Shown here piece after piece: positions 32,977-44,042 of a DNA stretch of 64,000 nt (position 1 is its first letter; every line of letters begins with the position of its first letter). The notes under the pieces are model-generated. The model saw only the letters and a program-made list of their open reading frames with translations. It made no database searches and was not told the DNA's origin. The DNA lies in assembly GCA_963766715.1 (NCBI GenBank), contig CAVYBH010000015.1, forward strand, positions 128,001 to 192,000. The letters run 5' to 3'. Both the position numbers and the translations under genes were made by a program. This DNA is from an uncultured delta proteobacterium. GTDB lineage: Bacteria > Myxococcota > Myxococcia > Myxococcales > Anaeromyxobacteraceae.

Positions 32977-35497
32977 CGCCCGACTCGATGAGGACCGTCC
33001 CGGCGTCGCCGTCCACGAGGAGCGGGGCGCCGTCGGGGATCTTCCGGCAGGCGTCCCGGACCTGCACGAGTCCCGGGATGCCCGCCTCCCGCGCCACGAT
33101 GGCGCCGTGCGACAGGACGCCGCCGCGCTCGAGCACCAGCCCGCCGGCGAGCAGGATGAGCGGGGTCCAGCCGGGGTCCGCGCTCGGGGCCACCAGGATC
33201 TCCCCGTGCGCGAGCGTCTCGTGCGCCGGGTCCCGGAGCACGCGGGCGCGCCCCCTCGCCTTCCCGCGCGAGACCGGAACGCCCGCCAGCACGTGACCCG
33301 GGCGCTCCGGGCCCGGTTCCGGACCGCCCCCCTCGTCCGGGCCGAGGATCTCGCCCGCCCGCAGGACGAAGAGCGCCGGCGGCGGAGCGGCGGCCCAGGC
33401 CTCCCGGCGGCGGCGGCGCGCCTCCAGGAGCCCCGGCAGGCACTCGGGGTACGGGTAGGCGCCGTGGGCCAGCGCGCGCGCCTCCTCCCAGGTGAGGTCG
33501 AAGACCTCCTCCGGCGATCGGATCGCGCCGCTGCGCAGGAGGAGCTCGCCCAGCGTGAGGCAGGCGCCGCGAATCTCCCCGAAGAGCAGGCTCTGCTGGA
33601 GACGCCCCTCCTCCCGCTGCTGGACGGCCCGGAGGCTCCGCCGGTGGATCCAGCGCAGCACCCGCGCCCGGACGGGCCCGAGGTCCCGGCACAGCTCCTC
33701 CATCCGCCGATCGCGCCCGGACTCGGCCGCGTGCCGCGCCTCCGGGGAGCAGGGATCCGGAACGCCCGCGAACTGCCGGATGATCGCGTAGGCGAGGTCC
33801 GGCCGCTCGGCGAAGGTGGGGGAGACGAGCGAGCAGTCGTCGTAGCAACGCGCGCCGAAGCGGTCGAGGAAGGACTGGAACAGCTGGGCCTGGGCCGGAC
33901 CGAGGCCGGCGCGCCAGGCCTGGAAGTCCGGGGGACCGGAGGACGACCCCCCGGCGATCGCGGGCAGGGTCGACCGGGAGAGGGCCCAGAGGATCCGCGG
34001 CGGCTCGTCGCTCTTCACCGCCACGCCCTGGAGCAGCGTGGGGAGGACGTCCGCCCGCGGGCGTCCGCACCAGCGCTCGACCCGCTCGCCGAGCAGGCCG
34101 GGGAAGATCATGACGGCCAGGTCGGCGGCGCACGGCCCGCTCCAGGACTCGGCCACCACCTCGATCATCGACTCGAGCACCTCGTCCGCCTCCCGCGGGT
34201 CGGTCGCGGCGAGCAGCCTGCGGCGCCAGGCCGGCCGTTCCCGCTCCAGCCGGGCCTCCAGCGCCCGGAGCCTCGCGGAGATGGTCCCGAGCGCCCTCGC
34301 CAGGGACCCGAGGAAGCGGACGATCCCGACCGGGCCGTGGTTCCTGCGGCGCAGGGCGGGGGCCCGCGCGTCGGGAGGCGGCCGGACCGGCACCTCCTGG
34401 CCGATGTAGCCGTCGAGGAACGAGGTGAAGGTGGCGCTCCACGGGAAGTAGGAGAGAAGCCGGTACCAGGTGGTCAGGTCGTAGTGGATCCGGCCCCGGT
34501 GGATGCCGGTGACCGCGCCGAGCAGGTGCGGGACGGCCTCGAACTGCCGCCGCTCCCAGCCGAAGAGGCGCAGCACCGACCGGATGTACTCGGCGTAGAA
34601 GCGGTGCAGGACGGACCAGGCCAGCGGAGCGAGCGGCCTGGGGAAGTTCTCGGTGAGGTTGACGTTCGACCAGAGCACGTCCCCCGGGACGCCCACCGTG
34701 GTCACGGGCCGCGACTGGAGCAGGAGGAGCCGGTCGGCCGTGGCGCACCACTCGACGTCGACCGGGAGGCCGGTCGCGCGCTCCACCCGGGAGACGTGGT
34801 CCCGCAGCGCGAGCAGGTGGACGCGGAGCGGCGCGGGGACGTCTCCGGGGAAGACGTCGGCGTGGCGCGGGAGCGCGAGGCGGTGCGGCACCACGCGGCC
34901 CTGCACCAGGTCGCTTCCCAGCCCCTCGGTCCACTCCACGGTGAGCGCGTCGAAGCTGCGGGTGAGCGGGTCGAGCGAGAAGGCCACGCCCGACCACTCC
35001 GGGTGAACCTGCTCCTGGAGGATCACCGCCATGCGCTCGTCGCGATGGGGCAAGCGCTCGAGGTAGCTCCGCGCCGGGCCGTCGAGCAGGCTGGCCCAGC
35101 AGCGGGCGACCCGGTCGAGCACCTCGGCGCGAGGCACGCACAGGAAGCTCGCGAACTGGCCTGCCATCGAGAACCGCTCCCCGTCCTCGCAGGCAGCCGA
35201 CGAACGGACGGCGACCTCCCCTCCGGGGAGTCCGTCGAGCGCCTCCAGGATGGCCGCGCGCAGCGCCGGAGGCCACGCCCCCGCGATCAGGGCGCGGGCC
35301 GCGGCCGGCCCCCGGCTCTCGGGGCCGATGCCGTTGTGGACGCGGAACTCGTCGAGGGCGGCGGTGGTGATCGCGAGCGACCGGGGCACCGGAAGGCCGA
35401 GGGCCGCCAGGTGGGACAGGCCGACGCCCTTGCCCCCGACCAGTCCCGCGTCGGGAGACGGCTCGCATGCCAGGTCGAGGACCCTCGGTCGAGACAT
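32969..35497 (-). CDS. PEP synthase/dikinase-like phosphotransferase (RPH/PigC architecture)
   Basis: ATP-grasp GGKG and VAVRSSA..ED...SMAGQF; central WSNVNLTENFP; C-terminal phospho-His swivel GGVLSHGAIVAREAGIP. Confidence 0.88.
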   Translation of the reverse strand: MSRPRVLDLACEPSPDAGLVGGKGVGLSHLAALGLPVPRSLAITTAALDEFRVHNGIGPESRGPAAARALIAGAWPPALRAAILEALDGLPGGEVAVRSSAACEDGERFSMAGQFASFLCVPRAEVLDRVARCWASLLDGPARSYLERLPHRDERMAVILQEQVHPEWSGVAFSLDPLTRSFDALTVEWTEGLGSDLVQGRVVPHRLALPRHADVFPGDVPAPLRVHLLALRDHVSRVERATGLPVDVEWCATADRLLLLQSRPVTTVGVPGDVLWSNVNLTENFPRPLAPLAWSVLHRFYAEYIRSVLRLFGWERRQFEAVPHLLGAVTGIHRGRIHYDLTTWYRLLSYFPWSATFTSFLDGYIGQEVPVRPPPDARAPALRRRNHGPVGIVRFLGSLARALGTISARLRALEARLERERPAWRRRLLAATDPREADEVLESMIEVVAESWSGPCAADLAVMIFPGLLGERVERWCGRPRADVLPTLLQGVAVKSDEPPRILWALSRSTLPAIAGGSSSGPPDFQAWRAGLGPAQAQLFQSFLDRFGARCYDDCSLVSPTFAERPDLAYAIIRQFAGVPDPCSPEARHAAESGRDRRMEELCRDLGPVRARVLRWIHRRSLRAVQQREEGRLQQSLLFGEIRGACLTLGELLLRSGAIRSPEEVFDLTWEEARALAHGAYPYPECLPGLLEARRRRREAWAAAPPPALFVLRAGEILGPDEGGGPEPGPERPGHVLAGVPVSRGKARGRARVLRDPAHETLAHGEILVAPSADPGWTPLILLAGGLVLERGGVLSHGAIVAREAGIPGLVQVRDACRKIPDGAPLLVDGDAGTVLIESGDG

Positions 35498-35698
35498 GTG
35501 CGCCCCCCCGGGCTGCACGCACCGCGCTCCGTGCATCATTATACGGGAGGGCGCAGGCCCGGCCACCATTCACGGCGAGTGCGCTGAGACCATTGGGGTA
35601 GGTGCCTTCCCGATATCGCCGGCGCGGCCAGGAATTGCACCAGAGCGGGGCGGGTCGCCTATACTCGGTAGGACTTTTTTCACCTTCACCGAGGCTCC

Positions 35699-36916
35699 TT
35701 GATCAACGAACGGGAAATTGCCGCGCTGGTGGCGCGATTCGGCGTGGGCAGCCAGCTCACCGGCGGGATCCTCCTGGTCGACGACGAGCCCAACAACCTC
35801 CTCGTGCTCCGCGGGTTCCTGGACGACGAGGAGCGCTGGGTGATCCACGAGGCCGCCACCGGCGAGGAGGCGCTCGCCATCGCGGAGAAGACCCCGCTCG
35901 ACGTGGTGGTGAGCGACCACCGCATGCCCGGCATGAGCGGCGTGGACCTGCTCGAGAAGCTGCGGCGGCTCCGGCCGGACGTGGCGGGCATCGTGCTCAC
36001 CGGGTACGCCGACATGAACGCGCTGGAGGCGGCCATCAACCGGGCCAACGCCTTCCGCTTCCTGCGCAAGCCGTGGGAGCCGGCCGACATCCTGGAGGCC
36101 ATCGACCAGGCCTGCGCCCACGTGTCGCAGCGGCGCATCATCGAGCGGCTGGTGACCCTGCTCTCCGAGCGCGGGGAGATGCTGCGCTCCTCCTTCGACG
36201 AGATGAAGAAGCAGCAGCAGGCCCTGCTGCACCTCGAGCGGATCGGCACCATCGGCCGGCTGGCCTCGGGCGTGACCCATGACCTGGGGAACATGGTCGC
36301 CAGCCTGCGCGAGGCGGAGTACCAGCTCTCCCAGCACTCGGCCGCCCCGGAGCTGCGCGAGACCTTCACCCTGGGTCTCGCGCACGTCGAGAAGATCCTG
36401 CGCACCCTGAAGACGCTCCAGGACTTCGCCCACTCCGGGAAGCTGGAGATCTCCCGGGCGCCCACCGACCCGGCGGACGTGGTGCGAGACGCCGTCACCA
36501 TCTCCCGCATGGACCTCCACTTCCGGCTGCGCAAGCTGGTGGTGGACGTGGCCCCGTCGCTCCCGCCCCTGCAGGCCGACCGGCTCAAGCTCTCGCAGGC
36601 GCTCGTCAACCTGATCCAGAACGCCGTGCGGGCCACCGACAAGGACGCCGCCGTCCGGATCATCGCCAGCCCGCTGCCGGACGGCGGGCTCGAGCTGGCC
36701 GTGGAGGACGACGGCCCCGGCGTCGAGCCCGAGCACCGCCCGCGCCTCTTCCAGCCCTTCTCCGCCGGCAAGACCTCGGAGGGGCTGGGCATGGGGCTCT
36801 ACATGGCCCGCCTCATCGTCGAGTCGCACGGGGGGACCATCCGCCTCGTCGACCGGCCCCGCGGCGCCCGCTTCGAGATGCACATCCCTGCCGCACCGCA
36901 GCCCACCACCGCCTGA
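35699..36916 (+). CDS. Receiver plus histidine-kinase-domain protein (PhcR-like architecture)
   Basis: LLVDDE, SDHRMPGMSG and LRKPW; H-box VTHDLGN; DDGPG and GMGLY; TTG start. Confidence 0.85.
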   Translation: MINEREIAALVARFGVGSQLTGGILLVDDEPNNLLVLRGFLDDEERWVIHEAATGEEALAIAEKTPLDVVVSDHRMPGMSGVDLLEKLRRLRPDVAGIVLTGYADMNALEAAINRANAFRFLRKPWEPADILEAIDQACAHVSQRRIIERLVTLLSERGEMLRSSFDEMKKQQQALLHLERIGTIGRLASGVTHDLGNMVASLREAEYQLSQHSAAPELRETFTLGLAHVEKILRTLKTLQDFAHSGKLEISRAPTDPADVVRDAVTISRMDLHFRLRKLVVDVAPSLPPLQADRLKLSQALVNLIQNAVRATDKDAAVRIIASPLPDGGLELAVEDDGPGVEPEHRPRLFQPFSAGKTSEGLGMGLYMARLIVESHGGTIRLVDRPRGARFEMHIPAAPQPTTA

Positions 36917-36967
36917 CCCTTCTCAATCTTCCCCATCATCGCGCACACATCCGGAACCGTCTCCACC

Positions 36968-38533
36968 ATGGACAAGAAGACGAACATCAAGCTGGTCAAT
37001 CGGAGCGAGAGCCCCGGCAACGAGGCTCCCTCGCCCGCCCCGGCCCTCCACTCCCGCGTGGCCCGATACGAGGAGCTCGACGGCGCCGAGGGGCGCGCCG
37101 TCTACTTCCGACCGCAACGCTACACCGCCGCCGACCTGGCGCCCTTGAAGGGAACGGTCACCGTCACGGACGAGGGGACGCGCCGGGAGTGCGCGCTGCT
37201 CGACGTGAGCCAGAACGGCGTCGCGGTGGCCTGGCCCCACGGCTCCCCGCCCCGCAGGGGGAAGTGGGTCTCCGCGGTCCTGCGCTTCGACGGCCACGAG
37301 GCCTTCCGCGGCCAGGTCCGGGTCGGATCGGTGCGCGACTCGGGCGGCGGCTCCGTGCTCGGGCTCTCCTTCGACAACTTCCTCCTCGACGTGGACGACA
37401 TCCTCAGCCTGCGCTCCCTGCGCGCCTGGGCGGCGGAGGCCGGGAGCCCGCACGTCCAGGATCATCCCTGGGGCGTCCGCGACGGCGAGCGCTTCCAGGC
37501 CCGGGTGGCCGAGATGCGGCTGCTCATGGAGGACAGCCGGGAGCGGCTCGACGCCCTCGAGAAGCAGCTGCCCTGGCACAGCCTGCACGGGGCCCCGAAC
37601 CCGGTGCTGGGCTCGCTCGAGCGCTCGCTGCGCGCCGGCTTCGTGCCCGAGTTCCTCCGGCTCTCCGACGCCATCGACACCGAGATCCGCGCCCTGCCCG
37701 GCGGCCACCACAACGACCAGGCCAGGGAGTGGTGCCTGCGGCAGCTGCAGGACTTCATCATGATGTCGCCCGCCTGCCAGCGGGCGCGCGTGAAGCCCTT
37801 CGGCTACCCCGGCGACTACGAGGTGATGAACTTCATCTACGAGCGGTACTTCGAGGGATCGACCCTCTTCGCCCGCTCCGTCGGCCTGGCCTTCTCCGAG
37901 GCCGTCTGCTGCAAGGCGGTCCGGTTCCGCAAGGACCTGGTCAAGCGGCAGCTGAAGGCCCTGCTGGCGCGCCGCACCGGGTCGCGCGAGCCGGTGCGCG
38001 TGCTCTCCATCGCGGCCGGCCCGGCCCAGGAGCTCTTCGAGCTGCTGCAGGAGCTCGACGAGATGCCGGTCAACCTCGAGGTCGTGCTCTTCGAGCAGGA
38101 CAAGAACGCGCTGGCCCACGCGTTCCGGCGCCTCACCCCGGCCGTGGAGGCCCGCTTCCCCGGACGCGTCCGGCTGCTCTTCCTCCACGACTCGATCAAG
38201 CGGCTGCTGCGCGACGCCGCCCTCTTCGAGCCCTTCGGGAAGTTCGACCTCGTCTACTCCTGCGGCCTCTACGACTACCTGCAGCAGCGCACCGCGACCG
38301 TGCTCTCCCGGCACCTGGCCAGCACCACCGCACCCGGCGGGCAGCTGCTCGTCGCCAACATGGTCGATCACCCGGCCCGCGTGCTGCAGGAGATCCACCT
38401 CGACTGGCACCTCATCTACCGCACCCGGGAGGAGATCCTCGACATCGGCCGCTCGGCCGTGCCCGGCGCGCAGGTGCGGATCCTCGAGGAGGAGAGCGGC
38501 GTGAATCCCTTCTTCGAGCTCGTCCAGGGGTAG
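36968..38533 (+). CDS. PilZ-like domain fused to a class I SAM methyltransferase (PhcB-like)
   Basis: FRPQRY...LLDVSQNG (PilZ-like); KPFGYPGDYEVMNFIY; SAM motifs VLSIAAGPA and FDLVYSCGLYDYL. Confidence 0.78.
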   Translation: MDKKTNIKLVNRSESPGNEAPSPAPALHSRVARYEELDGAEGRAVYFRPQRYTAADLAPLKGTVTVTDEGTRRECALLDVSQNGVAVAWPHGSPPRRGKWVSAVLRFDGHEAFRGQVRVGSVRDSGGGSVLGLSFDNFLLDVDDILSLRSLRAWAAEAGSPHVQDHPWGVRDGERFQARVAEMRLLMEDSRERLDALEKQLPWHSLHGAPNPVLGSLERSLRAGFVPEFLRLSDAIDTEIRALPGGHHNDQAREWCLRQLQDFIMMSPACQRARVKPFGYPGDYEVMNFIYERYFEGSTLFARSVGLAFSEAVCCKAVRFRKDLVKRQLKALLARRTGSREPVRVLSIAAGPAQELFELLQELDEMPVNLEVVLFEQDKNALAHAFRRLTPAVEARFPGRVRLLFLHDSIKRLLRDAALFEPFGKFDLVYSCGLYDYLQQRTATVLSRHLASTTAPGGQLLVANMVDHPARVLQEIHLDWHLIYRTREEILDIGRSAVPGAQVRILEEESGVNPFFELVQG

Positions 38534-41186
38534 ATGAACGCCCCGGCGAACGTGATCGAGGAGCGCTGGGTCCGTTGGCGGCTCGAGCGAAACCGGCGCG
38601 GGCTGCGGGCCGGCCTGATCCTCGTCATCACCCTCTACCCGGCCTTCGGCCTGCTCGACTGGCTGCTCGCGCCGCCCGGGGCGCTGGCGTGGATCTGGGC
38701 CACCCGGGCGGGCATCGCCGCCTTCGCCGTCGCGATCCTGTGGCTGCTCCGCGGTCCGAGGCTCGACCCCTACGTCGAGTGGACCGGGGTGGTGGCCGGC
38801 TGGATGGCCGGCATCGGCATCGACGTGATGACCGTCTACATGGGCGGGCGTGGCCTCTCCCTACTACGCCGGCGTCATCCTGGTGGTGCTGGCCGCCGGC
38901 CTGCTCTTCGTGTGGCCGCCGCTGCTCGTCGTCGTCTACAACCTGGGCAGCATCCTCGCCTTCCTCTTCATCAACCTGCTCTACGGCGCGGTGGGGGAGA
39001 CCCACGAGGCCGCCTCCAACCTGACCTTCCTGTCGGCCACCGCGATCATCGCCGGCGTGGGGCAGGTGATGCAGTTCTGGTCGCAGCGAGAGCAGCTCGA
39101 GCAGCGGGTCCGGCTCGAGGCCACCACCGCGAACCTGGAAAGGGCCCACACCGAATTGCAGCGGCTCGACGAGTTCAAGTCGCGCTTCTTCGCCAACATG
39201 ACCCACGAGCTGCGCACGCCGCTCGCCATGGTGCTCACCCCGCTCGAGCTGATGATGCAGGGCGAGATGGGGGACTTCACCGAGGGCCAGCGCAGCTCGC
39301 TGCAGACCATGTACCGGAGCGCCCTCAAGCTCCTCAAGCTCATCAACGACCTGCTCGACCTGTCCCGCCTGGAGGAGAGCCGCCTTCGACTGGACGTGAA
39401 GGAGCACGACCTGGTCGGGCAGCTCCACGCGCTGGTGGAGCAGACCCGGGTGCTCGCCAACCGCAAGCACATCGTCCTCACCTTCGAGACCGAGCAGGAG
39501 CTGGCCCCGGTCTGGTGCGACCCGGAGCGGCTGGAGCGGGTCTTCGTGAACCTGCTCTCCAACGCCATCAAGTTCACGCCGGTGCGGGGACACGTCACGG
39601 TCACCCTCTCCGAGCAGTTCGACGACGTGGTGGTCGTCTTCCAGGACGACGGCCCCGGCTTCCCGCCCGAGAAGGCCGAGCAGATCTTCGAGCGCTTCTT
39701 CCAGGTGGACATGGCCGACCGGCGGCAGCACGGCGGCGCCGGGATCGGGCTGGCGCTGGCCCGCGAGCTGGTGATGCTCCACGGCGGGACCATCACCGCC
39801 CAGAGCGACGGACGGAACGGCGCCCGCTTCGTCGTGACCCTGCCCCGGGGGCGCGGCCACTTCCGCCCCGAGGCGCTCGCGGCGGGACGCGGGCAGGAGC
39901 CCCGGTCCGGCGACGCCGGCCTCGACTGGGCGGTCCAGGTGGCGGCGCGCCCCGAGTTCCGGCTGCTCGACATCGAGGAGGCCACCGAGCGGCGCGTCGT
40001 GGAGCGCGACGCCGACGAGGAGGCCCGCCCCTACACCGCCGTGGTCGTCGAGGACCACCCGCACATCGTCCAGCTCGTCCACATGTCCCTGCGGCGCCAG
40101 TTCAAGGTGCTGGCCGCCCCGGACGGCCTGAAGGGGCTCGAGCTGGTGATGCGGGAGCGCCCCAACCTGGTGGTGACCGACCTCATGATGCCGGGCATCG
40201 ACGGGCTCGAGCTGACGCGCCGGCTCCGGGAGGAGCCGAGCACGCGCCACATCCCCATCATCATGCTCACGGCGCGCGGCGAGCTCGACGACCGGGTGAA
40301 GGGGCTCGAGATCGGCGTCAGCGCCTACCTCACCAAGCCGTTCTCGCCGAAGGAGCTGCTCACGGCGGCCCGGGAGCTGGTGAAGGCCAAGGAGCAGACC
40401 GCCGACCTCGTGCTCACCCACAAGATGGAATCGCTGGAGATGGTGGCGGCCGGCCTGGCCCACGAGATCAACAACCCGCTCAACTACCTGAAGAACGCGC
40501 TCGGCCGGGTCCGGCTCGACGCGGAGAAGGTGCTGGCCCTCTGCTCGGTGGCGCGGAGCCGGCCGCTGGAGGAGGCGGAGGAGGTCCAGGTGGCGCGGCT
40601 CGACGCGCGGCTCCACGAGCTGCTCGGCGTGGCCGACTCGGGCGTGAAGCGGATCGGGAGCACGGTGGAGCTCATGAGCCGCTACGGGCGCGCCGGATAC
40701 AAGCGGGAGATGGTGCCCCACGACGCCTGGGACGCGGCCCGCACCGTGGTCGGCATCGTGCTCCCCGCCACCGGCCGCAAGGTGAAGGTGGACCTCGACC
40801 TGGACGGGGACGGCACGCTCGAGTGCGTCCCGGACGAGTTCAACCAGGTGCTCTCCAACCTGGTCCAGAACGCCATCGAGGCGGTGCCCGAGGAGACCGG
40901 ATGGGTCCGGGTCCGGGGGCGCGTCGAGGGCGACCACCTGACCGTGACGGTGAAGGACAACGGCCCGGGCATGCCGCAGGAGGTGGTGCAGCGGCTCTTC
41001 ACGCCCTTCTTCACCACCAAGGGCCCCGGGCAGGGGGTGGGGCTCGGCCTCACCATCACCCGGCGGGTGGTGCAGAGCCTGGGCGGGACGCTCCAGGTCT
41101 CGAGCCTCATCGGCCAGGGCACCGAGTTCGTGGCACGGTTGCCCCGGACCCAGCCCCGACGCGCGGCCCCGACGCTGGCCGGCTGA
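38534..41186 (+). CDS. Membrane hybrid sensor kinase (multi-TM, HisKA, HATPase, REC, HisKA, HATPase); frameshift near 38850
   Basis: THELRTPL, NAIKFT and GAGIGL; REC TDLMMPGIDG; second H-box AHEINNPL. Confidence 0.9.
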
Positions 41187-41200
41187 GCTATGCTCCCGGG

Positions 41201-42546
41201 ATGCGGATCCCGGCTCGCCCCGTCCTGCCCTTCCTGGTCGCCGCCCTCCTCGCCGCAGCGTGCTCGGGAAACTCGCCGCCGGCCCCGAACGTCGCCATCG
41301 CCGGCTGGTCCTGGGACCCCGCGGAGGCCGCGGACCGGCCGCTGCCGGTGCTCTGGTGGAACTCCTCGCTCCCCCAGCCGCTCGAGCTCCTCCCCGGGAG
41401 CGACTGTGCGTCGGGGTCCGCCCACGGGATCGTGATCCTGGAGGGCGTGACCTCCCTGGCTGGCTACCAGGCCTTCTGCAGCGGGGCCGCCGCCCCCCGG
41501 ATGCGCCCGGTCGTCTGGACACGCGACACGGCCGGCGCCATCGTCGTCGCGGCGCTCCCGCTGCCCGAACGCACCTCGCAAGCCACCGCGCTGGCGGTGG
41601 ACGTGCGGACGAACTCGGCCGGCACGGTGGACGTGTTCGTCGGAGGCGCGGCGGGCGTCGACTCTCCCTTCCCCATGGTCTGGAAGAACGGCCTGCCTTC
41701 GCTCGTCGACCCGTCGACGGTGCTCCCCCCGGTCACGATTCCGGGATCGTGACCTCGATCGGCGCCGGCGAGAACTTCGTCGCCGCAGGCGGAGTCGCCC
41801 ATGTGACCGGGAGTTCACCCCCCGCCTACAGTGCCGTCGTCTGGATCCTCGACCCCGACTTCACCACGGTGATCCCGATCCCCCTCGACCTGCCCGAAGG
41901 GGTGACGAGCGCCGACTTCGGGGCTTCGGTCCCGATCGTGGTCACGGCGGAGTCCCTGGTGTTCGCGGCCGCCTCGATCGCCACCGGCCCCGGCCTCGAC
42001 AAGCCGGTGGTGTGGATGGACAACGCGATGGTCGAGCCGCTGGGGCTCGACTTCACGGTCGGTCCGTACGGAGTCCCCACCGGATTCCGGGAGCTGGTCG
42101 GGACGCCGTACCTGAGCGGCTTCCTGCGCTCGTCGGGCGGGCTCCCGGCGCCGGCCGTCTGGGCCGCGACCTCCCAGCAGGCCCTCTCCACGGTCGACCC
42201 GTCCCTCGGCCTGGGCGCGGGCGAGGCGATCGCCCTCCTCTACGAGCACGCCTACGTGGCCGGCGAGACCTACCGGGGCGGGGCCACGCCCGGTGCGCCC
42301 ATGGTCTCGGTGGCGGCCTGGTGGGACAACGGCTCGCGCCACGACCTGCAGGGGATCGTCGCGGCCGGCGCCGGTCCGGTCCTCTCGCAGCCCCTCTTCG
42401 GCTGGTGGCGCCTGCCCGGAACGCCGTTGACCGATCCGCCCAACTGGCCCTACCCGGGTGGCTTCGCCGAGATCGACGCCGCGCCGGCCCGCGTGGCGGC
42501 AGCCGGGTCGGCGGTGGCGAAGGCGATCCTGGTCTTCCCGAAGTAG
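41201..42546 (+). CDS. Hypothetical lipoprotein with repeated P-x-x-W motifs; frameshift near 41735
   Basis: Lipobox LLAAAC; recurring PVLWWN, PVVWT, PMVWKNG, PVVWMDN and AAWWDNG. Confidence 0.7.
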
Positions 42547-42554
42547 CGGGGCGC

Positions 42555-43920
42555 CTACTTCACCCAGACGGTCTTCACGTTGACGAAGGCGCGGATGCCC
42601 TCGAGCCCCAGCTCGCGGCCGTAGCCGGAGGTCTTCACGCCGCCGAAGGGCAGGCGCGGGTCGCTCTTCACGAGCCCGTTCACGAAGACGGCGCCGGCCT
42701 CGATGCGCGGGACGAGCCGCTCGATCTGGGCCTCGCTGCGGGTCCAGAGGGACGCCCCCAGCCCAAATTCGGGAGTCGTTGGCGATCTCCACCGCGTGGT
42801 CGGCCGAGTCGGCCCGGATGACCACCGCCACCGGCCCGAACAGCTCCTCCCGGGCCGCGACGTTGCTCGTCTTCACGTCGGCCAGGATCGAGACCGGGTA
42901 GAAGGCGCCCGGGCCGGGCGGCACCGTGCACCCCATCACCGGCCGCGCGCCCTCGGCGATGGCCTGCTTCACCTGCGCGTGCATCTCGTCGCGCAGGTCG
43001 GCGCGCGCCTGCGGACCGATGTCGGTGCCCGGCTGCATGGGGTCGCCCACCTTCACCGCCTGCATGGCCGCGGTGAACCTCGCCAGGAAGGCGTCGTACA
43101 CCGGCGCCTCGACGATGAAGCGCTTGGCGCAGATGCAGCTCTGGCCCGCGTTGATCGTGCGCGCCACCGCGCCCACCTTCGCCGCCTGGTCGAGGTCGGC
43201 GTCGGAGAGCACGATGAACGGGTCGGAGCCGCCCAGCTCCATGACCGAGGGCTTCAGGGCCTCTCCGGCGGCGGCGGCCACCGCCCGGCCCGCCGGCTCG
43301 CTCCCGGTGATCGTCGCCGCGGCGATGCGCGGGTCGAGGATGATTCCGCGGACCGGCTTCGACCCGACGAGCAGCGTGCGGAAGAGGTCGGGCGGGAAGC
43401 CGGCGTCGTGCATCAGCTTCTCGATGGCGAGGGCGCACTGGGGCACGTTGGAGGCGTGCTTGAGCAATCCCCCGTTTCCGGCCATGAGGTGCGGCGCGAT
43501 GAAGCGGAACACCTGCCAGTACGGGAAGTTCCAGGGCATCACCGCCAGGATCACCCCCAGCGGGTCGAAGCGGACGAAGGCCCGGCTCCCGTCGCTCGCC
43601 TCCGGGCGGGGCGAGAGGAACGCCTCGGCGTTCTCGGCGTAGTACTCGCAGACCCAGGCGCACTTCACGGCCTCGGCCGCCCCGTCCTTGAGGGGCTTGC
43701 CCATCTCCAGCGCCGCCAGCCGCCCCAGCTCCGGGGCCCGCTCGCGGAGCAGCGCCGCCACCTTTCGCATGGGCACGGCGCGCTCGGCGATGGGGACGCG
43801 CGCCCAGGCCTTCTGCGCCTTCACGGCCGCGTCGAGGATGCGATCGACCTCCGCCGGTCCCATCTCGGGAAAGGCGGCCAGCCGCTCGCCGGTGCTCGGA
43901 TTCAGGCTTTCGATGGCCAT
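42555..43920 (-). CDS. NAD(P)-dependent succinate-semialdehyde dehydrogenase family; frameshift near 42770
   Basis: MPWNFP, LKHASN, TGS, ELGGSD, GQSCIC, EELFGP and [13 protein letters not shown] motifs. Confidence 0.9.
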
Positions 43921-44042
43921 GGCGTCTCCTTGCCGGGGGCTGGCCAGGGATGGTCACACGGCGGCGGGGACCCGGCAACGCCCTTCTCGGCTCCCGGACG
44001 GCGACTGGCCCGGATGCGCCGCCTCCGTGTACCCTCGGCGGC

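Noticed and set aside
32969..35497. Calling this gene rph (rifampin resistance) or ppsA
   Set aside because: Only the architecture is shared; domain order differs from PpsA and rifamycin specificity cannot be shown from sequence
35620..35640. Sigma-54 promoter upstream of the PhcR-like gene (GGCCAGGAATTGC)
   Set aside because: GG-to-GC spacing is 9 rather than the required 10
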